64,000 nucleotides of DNA from Microgenomates group bacterium GW2011_GWC1_46_15 (lineage in GTDB: Bacteria > Patescibacteriota > Microgenomatia > UBA1400 > UBA12028). Numbering within the stretch: position 1 is the first letter of the stretch; every line of letters starts with the position of its first letter. The stretch covers positions 131,827-195,826 of the forward strand of contig LCLX01000002.1 in NCBI GenBank assembly GCA_001002285.1, read 5' to 3'. Below, one piece after another: positions 54,978 to 62,994 of this stretch. Made by a program: the position numbers and the translations under genes. The notes below the pieces were generated by a model that saw only the letters and a list, made by a program, of their open reading frames with translations, was not told the DNA's origin and ran no database searches.

Positions 54978-55655
54978 ATGACACACGCACCGAAAAAACG
55001 CCCGGAAACGACGTTGTTTCTTTCTGTTTCCGTGGACGGACGCATTACAAGCCACGACTCTGACCCGTTTGATACGGATAAAACATGGAAAGACCAGCCG
55101 GGTGTGCGCGCGATTCTTCAACGGTTTTATGATTTTTCTGACCCACACACGTGCTCCCTCACAACGGGTTTAGCAATGAAAAAAGCGGGAGTCAATTTTC
55201 GCGTTGAAACACCACAGAAAATGAACGTTCCATTGATTGTATTTGACGCAGAAAAAGATCTTACTCCGCGAGGCATGTTGTATCTCTCACAGTGTGTAAA
55301 ACATTTGTATATTATCGGATATTCTTCTGTCTACAAAAAACTCAAGAAAAAACCCAAGAATCTGATATGGATTCCATATGAAAAACGCGCACCATTACTC
55401 GAGGTTATGCAGCAGTTGCATACACGCGGCGTACGGGCTGTTGTGATGCACTCCGCCGGGCTATTAAACGCACGGTGGATTGCCGAAGGTTTGGTCGATC
55501 ATTTGACCGTGATTGTCGCGCCGTTATTGGTCGGAAAAAATGGGACATCCATGCTGATGGATACCATTCCGTTTTCTGTCCGCCCGCTCACACTTGTGGA
55601 AACGCGCGCAATTAGTGACTCGTACCTTTTTTTGCGGTATGACGTGGAGAAATAA
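54978..55655 (+). CDS. RibD C-terminal/dihydrofolate reductase-fold protein
   Basis: SVSVDGRI, GLLNA, GLVDHLTVIVAPLLVG, LFLRYDV. Confidence 0.82.
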   Translation: MTHAPKKRPETTLFLSVSVDGRITSHDSDPFDTDKTWKDQPGVRAILQRFYDFSDPHTCSLTTGLAMKKAGVNFRVETPQKMNVPLIVFDAEKDLTPRGMLYLSQCVKHLYIIGYSSVYKKLKKKPKNLIWIPYEKRAPLLEVMQQLHTRGVRAVVMHSAGLLNARWIAEGLVDHLTVIVAPLLVGKNGTSMLMDTIPFSVRPLTLVETRAISDSYLFLRYDVEK

Positions 55656-55683
55656 TATGGAGACTCGTGGGTAATGTTGAAAT

Positions 55684-56871
55684 TTATTTGATAAAACCAC
55701 CCCATAAAAATTTAGAAAAAGTAGCCGAAGGTTCTTTTCCAATAATCCGACATTGAGTAATACCAAGTTTTTCCGCCCGCCTCACGAGGGTAAAGTAATC
55801 AACTGCAGTTGGTGTTTCTTTCACCTCAAAAGCCCCACGTTCTTTGCCATTGTCAAATATAAAATCAATTTCTCCATCTCTATCAGAAAAATAACTTAAT
55901 TTCCCATCCCAAAAGGACAACTGATGGTGAATTGTGTTTTCAAATTTACTTCCGCTTGAAAGATCAGTATTTACGTTAGCGATTCCTGTATCGACAAAAT
56001 ATAGTTTCTTTTGTAATCGTGTTTGGACATCTGAAGATTTTGAATACGCGGGAACTGTAGCAATTAAGTACGTTTGCTCCAAAAATTCAATATAGTTATC
56101 AACAGTGATCCTACTCAATCCGGTAATATTAGCAATTTCCGTAACATTTAACTTACTACCAATGCGCGCTGCTAGTAGTTTAATAACTCTACGTAGATGA
56201 TTTGTGGATTTAAAATCTGCTAATGCTTGAACATCAATATTGATATATGAACTAAAAATTTCTTCAAGAAGGATCTTTTTGCGATTCACATCGGGTGTCA
56301 GCACTATCCTTGGTAAGCCACCATATTCTACATATTCTTGATAATAAGTATGGAGTTGGTGATATGCGACTTCTGAGAACTCAACCATCCAAGGGAAATC
56401 ATCGCCAAGCATGTAGGGAAATTCTCGAAAATTAAGAAACTCTTGAAAACTCAATGGGAGCATTTCATAAATCACTTTTCTCCCCGCCATTGATTCAGAA
56501 AAACGATTTTTAATATAGTATGAACTTGATCCAGTAAGCAAAAACTTGATGCGGTGGTGGTCGTACAAATACTTCACAATACTGGGAATATTCTCAAGAA
56601 GTTGAATTTCATCTAATGCGATGTATAGTTTCTCTTTTATCGACAATCCTCGTTTTTGAAACTCGTTAATAAGTGAGTTGTAATTTTTGGTTTCAAACAT
56701 TTCTCGATCAACCAAATTCTCTAAGTCAAAGTACTGTTTGTTTTTTGATGGAATCTGATCAAGTAACCAATGGAGTGTTGTTGTTTTACCTACTTGCCGA
56801 GGACCTGTAATCACAACAACTTCATCTGTAGAAAGCTCTTTTACTAAAGTAGGCCAGATACGACGTTGCAT
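55684..56871 (-). CDS. AAA_14/DUF4143-type ATP-binding protein
   Basis: ITGPRQVGKTT, LDEIQ, TGSSS, GGLP, KLYFVDTG, FEN, EIDFI...EVK. Confidence 0.9.
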   Translation of the reverse strand: MQRRIWPTLVKELSTDEVVVITGPRQVGKTTTLHWLLDQIPSKNKQYFDLENLVDREMFETKNYNSLINEFQKRGLSIKEKLYIALDEIQLLENIPSIVKYLYDHHRIKFLLTGSSSYYIKNRFSESMAGRKVIYEMLPLSFQEFLNFREFPYMLGDDFPWMVEFSEVAYHQLHTYYQEYVEYGGLPRIVLTPDVNRKKILLEEIFSSYINIDVQALADFKSTNHLRRVIKLLAARIGSKLNVTEIANITGLSRITVDNYIEFLEQTYLIATVPAYSKSSDVQTRLQKKLYFVDTGIANVNTDLSSGSKFENTIHHQLSFWDGKLSYFSDRDGEIDFIFDNGKERGAFEVKETPTAVDYFTLVRRAEKLGITQCRIIGKEPSATFSKFLWGGFIK

Positions 56872-56917
56872 AACACTACTATACAATAAACGTCGTTATT
56901 TGTATAGTATGCGTTTG

Positions 56918-56991
56918 CGGGGCTGCCAGGGCTCGAACCTGGAAACTAACGCTTTTGGAGAGCGCTGTGCTACCAATTACACCACAGCCCC
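56918..56991 (-). tRNA. tRNA-Trp (CCA)
   Basis: GGGGCTG acceptor stem, anticodon loop CTCCAAA, GGTTCGAGCCC T arm. Confidence 0.95.
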
Positions 56992-57049
56992 AAGACATCT
57001 AGTATTCTATCGTGTTTTTCTTCAAAATCCAATCTGCTACACTACACGC

Positions 57050-58417
57050 ATGCCCAACACACTTCTCGACTCCCAACTTGACACACTTCTCGCGCAAGAC
57101 AGGCGATTCATTGAGTCCACCGAGTTCCCCATCGTCACTGTTTCTTCATCGTTCCGCGAAGATCTTAAACAGTTTTACGGCATGGAACATGACCCAAATA
57201 TGCGTGATGTTGTGTTTTCCCGCGCGCATTTTTCGATGGCATTTGCCATGGCAGTTGAAGCATGGCTTCCACAAAAAGACCGCCAGCATCTCGAAAAGTA
57301 CATCGCTCCTCAACCAAACGCAAAACGGGCGTGGTTCATTGATCCAACAAACTACGTGCAGTCCAAAGACTGGTCAAAAATCCAAACAATTGAGTACATT
57401 GGGCGAAAACTTGCGCGGAATAGTTTTTTGAAATGGGTAAAAGACCGTATTGATACATTCGCCCGCAACCGCCTTCCCATTACAACCGCTATCACCCCTC
57501 CCCTTCTCCATCTTTTTCAACACGTTCACCGACCGATTATTTCTCTCCATTACGAGGTTGGAAATATTTTGGCAGGCGTTGGTAAACACGTAGTGCAAGT
57601 TGTAACAGATCCGCACGTGCGCGACCAATACCTCGATCATGCCGATCTGCCAAACATCAAGTTTTGTGTATTTGATGAGAAAACCAAGAGTGATTTTTTG
57701 GAGAAAGCCGCGCTTTTTGGCAAACACGTTGATGAAAAACGTGTGATTGTGACGGGACCGCCAGTCTGTCCACGTGTTGTCGGAGCACGGAAGAAAAAAT
57801 CGATCCATGACCTCCGCCGCAGACCTTTGCGCATCTGTATCACCACCGGCGGTTTGGGAACAAATAAGGAAGAAGTGCGAAAAATCCTTTCAGAATTGCT
57901 TGATCTTGTTCGCAAGCGTCCGGAACCCATTCACATTCTCTGTTACGCTGGCACACAACACGACTTCACACTCATGATTCAAGACATTGCGAAAAAAGAA
58001 CACATTACCATTGAACCGCTTGAGAACGAAAACGCAAAGTTCCGCCTCATTCACGGCAAACACATTGTGGAACTCAATGAACAACTCATTCAGTACGCGT
58101 TTCCTTGGGCCGATGTATTTATCACGAAACCGTCCGGCGACATGGCGTATGACGCTGCTGCGGCCGGGTGTTCCCTCCTCTTTTTAACACCGTGGGGAGA
58201 GTGGGAAAAGAACATTCAAGAGGTATTTGAACAGCAAGGTGTTGGGAGAAAAGCAGAAATCGAGCATATCAAAACACAGGTCAACGTATTAAGCGTGCGC
58301 GCACTCCACAACAACGAGTCGTGGTTTGAACACGCAAAAGAAAAAGCGCTAAACTTGCCAGCGCTGTTTTTGCATGGTTCAGAAAACATTTTGAACATCG
58401 CAAAAGAGTGGAAATAG
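57050..58417 (+). CDS. GT-B glycosyltransferase-like protein (MGDG synthase/GT28-like)
   Basis: VVTDPH, VIVTGPPV, TTGGLG, ADVFITKPSG, EWEKN. Confidence 0.7.
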   Translation: MPNTLLDSQLDTLLAQDRRFIESTEFPIVTVSSSFREDLKQFYGMEHDPNMRDVVFSRAHFSMAFAMAVEAWLPQKDRQHLEKYIAPQPNAKRAWFIDPTNYVQSKDWSKIQTIEYIGRKLARNSFLKWVKDRIDTFARNRLPITTAITPPLLHLFQHVHRPIISLHYEVGNILAGVGKHVVQVVTDPHVRDQYLDHADLPNIKFCVFDEKTKSDFLEKAALFGKHVDEKRVIVTGPPVCPRVVGARKKKSIHDLRRRPLRICITTGGLGTNKEEVRKILSELLDLVRKRPEPIHILCYAGTQHDFTLMIQDIAKKEHITIEPLENENAKFRLIHGKHIVELNEQLIQYAFPWADVFITKPSGDMAYDAAAAGCSLLFLTPWGEWEKNIQEVFEQQGVGRKAEIEHIKTQVNVLSVRALHNNESWFEHAKEKALNLPALFLHGSENILNIAKEWK

Positions 58418-58451
58418 TTTTCCAGTGTTTTTGCGCGCAAAAAGTGGAGTT

Positions 58452-58631
58452 CTACTTGAGTTTGCTTGACTCTTTATGCTCGGTCACTTTTCTGCAGTGT
58501 TTGCAGTATTTATTGAGCTTTAATTTATCCGGCGTGTTGAGTTTATTGCGTTGGGTAATATAGTTGAACATGCCACACACGCCACACTTCAATCCGAATG
58601 CTTGTCGTGGACCCTTTTTCGCTTTTGGCAT
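58452..58631 (-). CDS. rpmG: 50S ribosomal protein L33 (zinc-ribbon type; not in ORF track)
   Basis: MPKAKKGPRQAFGLKCGVCGMFNYITQRNKLNTPDKLKLNKYCKHCRKVTEHKE. Confidence 0.95.
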   Translation of the reverse strand: MPKAKKGPRQAFGLKCGVCGMFNYITQRNKLNTPDKLKLNKYCKHCRKVTEHKESSKLK

Positions 58632-58669
58632 AGATACTCCCCTATTTTTATTCTGTTTTACACATTCTG

Positions 58670-58741
58670 AGCCATCTCAGGGATTCGAACCCTGGACCTG
58701 CTGTTTACAAAACAGCTGCTCTACCGCTGAGCTAAGATGGC
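58670..58741 (-). tRNA. tRNA-Thr (TGT)
   Basis: GCCATCT acceptor stem, loop TTTGTAA, GGTTCGAATCC. Confidence 0.95.
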
Positions 58742-58743
58742 GA

Positions 58744-59868
58744 TTATATCACGTATTGTACCAGATGCGCACCTCGGCGGGAGCGGGTAATTTTCTTTTT
58801 GGGGGTTGGGGTGTTTTTTGCCTTTTTCTGCTTCAAAAACCGATCCATGCATGACTGTACAATGTACTCAACAACATCCGCAAACGTCATTCCGGCAGCT
58901 AAAAATGATGTGCTGAGCGCACAGTCTTCATCAGCTCCAAGACCGGGATTTGTGTTTGCTTCTAACACAAAAATCTCACTATTGTTACGCACGCGGATGT
59001 CCACCCGCGTATAGTCGCGGAACTTCAACGCGGAAAATGCGCGCGTGCTTACGTCACGCAACGCAGTATCTAACTTTGCGGGAAGCTTTGCGGGTACAAC
59101 GCGCGACTGCGCGTATTCGGGATGCTTTTCATCCCATCGGCTATCGTATGTTAAAAACGCATCGGTTCCGCGCACATCAAATTGAATTTCTGCAATTGGC
59201 AACACAACCGATACACCATTTTTTTCTAACACCGTCACATGAAACTCCCGTCCATCAACAAACTCTTCAGCGAACACGGGCTGTTTAAATGACAGTATTT
59301 GACGGTGTATAACAGCACGCAGTTCATTTGCCGTATGCACCACGGAAGAACGTGTTAAACCGATACTACAATGCTCTAAGCACGGCTTTACAATCACTGG
59401 AAATACAAAATCTTTACGAATCAACTCATTTCCCGTTTTAAATGACTGCCACCGCGCCGTTGGAATGTGTTCCGCGTCAAATATTTTTTTCATCACGCGT
59501 TTATCCACGTTCATAAAATAATTTTGTTTTGACGCACCAGTAAATGGAATACCATGTTTTTCTAATTTTTCTAATATTGTGAATGCGCGTTGAGAATATT
59601 TTAAATCAACACCCGTCCATTCAATCACATTAAATATGTAGTCAGCATGAATATATTGAATATCATTAATAGTGCGCGTTGTAATAGGATGAAGTGTTGA
59701 TGTATGTCCTTTTTCTTGTAGTACTCGATGTATTTGGCGTGCGGAACTCGCTGTATCTTCGTCTGTTGCGGCATATGACGAATGTTTCATGCGCGCTGTT
59801 GGAACGCTGTATATCACCGCAATATGAAGTTTTGAACGATGATGTGATGTGTAACGATGTTTTTTCAT
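58744..59868 (-). CDS. D-Ala-D-Ala ligase-like ATP-grasp protein
   Basis: IPFTG, DK, PVIVKP..EHCSIG, EEFVDGREF, DYTRVDIR, LEANTNP. Confidence 0.85.
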   Translation of the reverse strand: MKKHRYTSHHRSKLHIAVIYSVPTARMKHSSYAATDEDTASSARQIHRVLQEKGHTSTLHPITTRTINDIQYIHADYIFNVIEWTGVDLKYSQRAFTILEKLEKHGIPFTGASKQNYFMNVDKRVMKKIFDAEHIPTARWQSFKTGNELIRKDFVFPVIVKPCLEHCSIGLTRSSVVHTANELRAVIHRQILSFKQPVFAEEFVDGREFHVTVLEKNGVSVVLPIAEIQFDVRGTDAFLTYDSRWDEKHPEYAQSRVVPAKLPAKLDTALRDVSTRAFSALKFRDYTRVDIRVRNNSEIFVLEANTNPGLGADEDCALSTSFLAAGMTFADVVEYIVQSCMDRFLKQKKAKNTPTPKKKITRSRRGAHLVQYVI

Positions 59869-60068
59869 AAACGTATTTTCAGATGTGTAAAACAAAATAT
59901 AGAGAACTCGCTATTGACAAATGGTCCATAAGTATTTTGTATGATAGTTATCACATATTTTTTTGCAATGTGCAAAGATAAAAAAAGAAAAAGAAATATG
60001 TGAGAAAAATAAAAAAGGAAAAAAGAAATATAGTGTCACGAACTTAAAAAACTTTTTACAACTGCCAC

Positions 60069-61067
60069 ATGCACGTTACCGTCATTTACAACCCTCCAGA
60101 CAAATCCAACGAAGAGATCGCCGCAACAGAAGACCACATTGAGAAGATCGCTGCGACTGTTGCCGAATCATTAAAAAAGCGCGGCCTTGCGGTTGACGTG
60201 CATCAGGTTTCAGAAAAAAATTTATACTCACTGATTAAACAAAAAAAGACTGATGTATTTTTTAACATTTGCGACAGCGAGCATTTGTACATGCGCGTTG
60301 TGCGTCAGTTGGAAAAACACGGCCGCGTATTTACTGGTCCCGGCCCGCGCGTCATGTCGTTGACCGTTGATAAAATCGCGACAAAGAAAATTTTTGGTGA
60401 GATCGGCGTTCCAACACCACAGTGGCAGTTGTTTAAAACAGGAAAAGAAAAAATCCATGTAAGCTTGCGATTCCCGCTTATCGTAAAGCCACAAAAAGAA
60501 GACTGCAGTATTGGTATTAGTGAAGATTCAATCGTTCACAATAAAAAACAGTTGCGTGCGCGGCTTGAACACATGTGCGCGACATACCATCAACCCATTC
60601 TGGCCGAACGTTTTATTTCTGGCATTGAGTTGCACTGCACGGTTGTTGGCAACGAAACCGATGCGATTGCGTTCCCACTGGCCGAGCTCCGCACCCCGAG
60701 CGGCGATACCGATAACGAGTTTATTTACGATTTTGAAGCAAAGTGGATGGAAGACTCAGAAAAATTTAAATGCTACTTCGTCTCCCCCGCTCCTAGCATT
60801 GATGCGCGCACCACAAAAAAGATTCAGAAAGCCGCGCGGCAGGCATTTCTTGCGCTGGAAATGAAAGATTACGGCCGGTTTGACATTCGCTACAACCAAA
60901 AAACAAAACGGTGGTACTTTTTGGAGGCTAATGCAAACCCCTGTTTGGAAAACAAAGACACTGAAGCATTGATTGCCGCCGCCAACGCAAGCGGATATCA
61001 CTACGAGAAGTTCATTAACCGCATTTTCGATGCGTGCGTATCACGGCACGCGATTGCGCTATCGTAA
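60069..61067 (+). CDS. D-Ala-D-Ala ligase-like ATP-grasp protein (paralogue)
   Basis: VFTG, DK, PLIVKP..EDCSIG, ERFISGIE, DYGRFDIR, LEANANP. Confidence 0.85.
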   Translation: MHVTVIYNPPDKSNEEIAATEDHIEKIAATVAESLKKRGLAVDVHQVSEKNLYSLIKQKKTDVFFNICDSEHLYMRVVRQLEKHGRVFTGPGPRVMSLTVDKIATKKIFGEIGVPTPQWQLFKTGKEKIHVSLRFPLIVKPQKEDCSIGISEDSIVHNKKQLRARLEHMCATYHQPILAERFISGIELHCTVVGNETDAIAFPLAELRTPSGDTDNEFIYDFEAKWMEDSEKFKCYFVSPAPSIDARTTKKIQKAARQAFLALEMKDYGRFDIRYNQKTKRWYFLEANANPCLENKDTEALIAAANASGYHYEKFINRIFDACVSRHAIALS

Positions 61068-61075
61068 AAAAACAA

Positions 61076-61441
61076 ATGACACAAAATTCACAACTAGGAA
61101 AAGAAGGTGCAAAAATAGAAACTGCGGTTCAACCTGTTTCTTCTGCAGTTTCACCTTCAGTAGCAGAGGGGGTCATTATTGATTCGACCACACAGGAATA
61201 TCTTCGTTTACTCCAAATGGAGGGTTTCGAAGCGGCAAATAATTATGCAGAGTTGATGAACTATACCCCTCCGCCTGGTATAAAGACGCGGCGAGAGAAA
61301 CCAAAACAGATAGCGTCACCTCCAGCAGAACTGGTAAGTCCCGAAGAGTCTCATGTAAATAAATGGAAGTTCTCTTTGTTTGTGCCAGGTGTAGGACTCG
61401 AATCCCCCTGCGGAGGATTCTTTCGTTGTCTTACTTTCTAG
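61076..61441 (+). CDS. hypothetical protein
   Basis: 121-aa ORF; its 3' end reads through a duplicated tRNA end. Confidence 0.45.
   Translation: MTQNSQLGKEGAKIETAVQPVSSAVSPSVAEGVIIDSTTQEYLRLLQMEGFEAANNYAELMNYTPPPGIKTRREKPKQIASPPAELVSPEESHVNKWKFSLFVPGVGLESPCGGFFRCLTF
61382..61402 (-). repeat. 21-bp exact duplicate of the tRNA-Tyr 3' end
   Basis: GTGCCAGGTGTAGGACTCGAA at 61382-61402 and 61441-61461. Confidence 0.9.
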
Positions 61442-61524
61442 TGCCAGGTGTAGGACTCGAACCTACGTAGGCTTAAGCCACCTCTTTTACAGAGAGGTCT
61501 CGTTGACCGCTTGAGTAACCTGGC
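61442..61524 (-). tRNA. tRNA-Tyr (GTA)
   Basis: GCCAGGT acceptor stem, loop CTGTAAA, long variable arm GGCTTAAGCC, GGTTCGAGTCC. Confidence 0.95.
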
Positions 61525-61566
61525 GTCGCAAGTATTGTATCATGATAGAATCAAGATCAAAACCAG

Positions 61567-62184
61567 ATGAAAAATAATCATAAACCTTCAAAAAACACTC
61601 TTCTTTCTCTCTATAAAGAGGGTAAATCTATGGTTGATATAGCAAAACTACTCAAATGTTCTGAACACAAAATCGTGTACTGGATGATGAAATACCACAT
61701 TGCGCGCAGATCAAGAAGTGAGGCCTCTTATGTCCAACAAAATCCAAACGGAGATCCATTCAATATACAAACATCACTTTCTCCCGAAGAACAAAAAATA
61801 TTTTGGTTAGCTTTAGGGATCTATTGGGGAGAGGGTAATAAAGTTTCTCCACATGTTGTAAAAGTAACAAATACAGATCCCGATCTACTACGTATATTTC
61901 AAAGTTTCCTGACCAAAATTTGCCACATTTCTCCCGAAAAAATTTCATATAGTATTGTCGCTTTTCATGACAACAATTCCACTGTTGTGCGGTCGTATTG
62001 GGCAAATCAGCTACAGATTTCTCCAGAAAAATTTGGTAAAATCGTTCAGATTCCAACACAAGGCCGTGGAACATACAAGAAAAAATCGATGTATGGCGTG
62101 TGCATGATTTCTGTGAGCAACATCAAATTAAAAGCTTGGATATTGAAACAGCTTCAAAATTTGAAAAATGCCTGGGTAGTTTAG
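61567..62184 (+). CDS. HTH plus LAGLIDADG-like protein between tRNA genes
   Basis: N-term LYKEGKSMVDIAKLLKCS HTH; LALGIYWGEG helix motif, TNTDP, YWAN, YGVC. Confidence 0.7.
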   Translation: MKNNHKPSKNTLLSLYKEGKSMVDIAKLLKCSEHKIVYWMMKYHIARRSRSEASYVQQNPNGDPFNIQTSLSPEEQKIFWLALGIYWGEGNKVSPHVVKVTNTDPDLLRIFQSFLTKICHISPEKISYSIVAFHDNNSTVVRSYWANQLQISPEKFGKIVQIPTQGRGTYKKKSMYGVCMISVSNIKLKAWILKQLQNLKNAWVV

Positions 62185-62241
62185 TGGCAAAACAAGCCCT
62201 TGGTAAGGGCTAGAGCGCGGGTCCGATTCCCGCTCCAGGCT
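62170..62241 (+). tRNA. tRNA-Thr (GGT)
   Basis: GCCTGG acceptor stem, GCCC-TTGGTAA-GGGC anticodon arm; T loop reads GTCCGATTC. Confidence 0.9.
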
Positions 62242-62260
62242 CAGTAAAAACTTTTTTATA

Positions 62261-62638
62261 CTACTTTCCTTCTGCAATTTTCATCTTCTTAAACGCAATA
62301 ATGCGCGCGATAATATACGCATCAAACTCCTTGATATCTGCAAACTTCCGTGTTTTCTTGATTTTTTTTCCATCTTCCACTTCTTCTTCTATGACGGTTG
62401 GAATTCTTCCATTGACAAGTTCTGTAGACCATCGTTCCGTTTCACTTTCTAAAATTCCATAATTTTGCTTAAGAGAAATGGTTGAGATTTTAAACAATGT
62501 ATTTGTCAGTATCGAATTGGTGTCTGCTAACGAACCCCAGTCGGTGTGTTCGCCTGTTTCTGGAGGATTTCCTTGCTTCCCCTTCTTTCTTCCAGGTGTT
62601 TCTCTTAATGGTTGAGTTTCAAAACCGTATCTCGTCAT
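62261..62638 (-). CDS. hypothetical protein
   Basis: ATG 62638 with TATAAT 8 nt upstream; no motif. Confidence 0.55.
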   Translation of the reverse strand: MTRYGFETQPLRETPGRKKGKQGNPPETGEHTDWGSLADTNSILTNTLFKISTISLKQNYGILESETERWSTELVNGRIPTVIEEEVEDGKKIKKTRKFADIKEFDAYIIARIIAFKKMKIAEGK

Positions 62639-62656
62639 AAGGAACGCATTATACAC

Positions 62657-62716
62657 AAAAAGTCCTCCTCTAAGGAGGACCCTCCTAGATCGCACAAAAA
62701 GTCCCCTTCGGGGACT
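62657..62716 (-). terminator. two tandem intrinsic terminators
   Basis: Minus strand GTCCCC-GAA-GGGGAC-TTTTTG followed by GTCCTCC-TTAGA-GGAGGAC-TTTTTG. Confidence 0.8.
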
Positions 62717-62736
62717 CTCCTAAGATTGCAATAAAA

Positions 62737-62888
62737 GCCCCACGGCAGAACGAATAAAGAGGAAGTGTTCCCCCAAAATACTAGGGTGGAAGAGTGCTGA
62801 CTATCCCACGGGATAGCCGGACAACTCAATCCGTAGAACAAATCTTGTAGAGGAAAAAACTCCTCTTCTGACCGTCCTGCTGTAGGGC
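62737..62888 (-). ncRNA. rod-shaped ncRNA, candidate 6S RNA
   Basis: 5' GCCCTAC-A-GCAGGACG pairs with 3' CGTTCTGC-C-GTGGGGC; AAGAGGAG/TTCCTCTT; central bubble; apical CTATCCC/GGGATAG; own promoter and terminators. Confidence 0.6.
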
Positions 62889-62894
62889 ACATTC

Positions 62895-62923
62895 ACTATC
62901 TCAAACTGGTGTAAACGTGTCAA
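62895..62923 (-). promoter_or_regulatory. sigma70-type promoter for the ncRNA
   Basis: TTGACA (62923-62918), 17-bp spacer ending TGA, GATAGT (62900-62895); predicted +1 near 62888. Confidence 0.65.
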
Positions 62924-62994
62924 TAACAGTAGCACGAGAATATTTCTCGGGCGAATACAGTTCACTCAAGACTCCTTCATATGTGGTGAGGTTT

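Noticed and set aside
56918-56991. tRNA-Trp as integration site of the Tat island (its 3' end faces the island)
   Set aside because: I found no second copy of its 3' end at the left boundary and no integrase; orientation alone is insufficient
62635-62892. 85-aa minus-strand ORF
   Set aside because: Coincides with the extensively base-paired RNA and reads through two terminators; better explained as ncRNA
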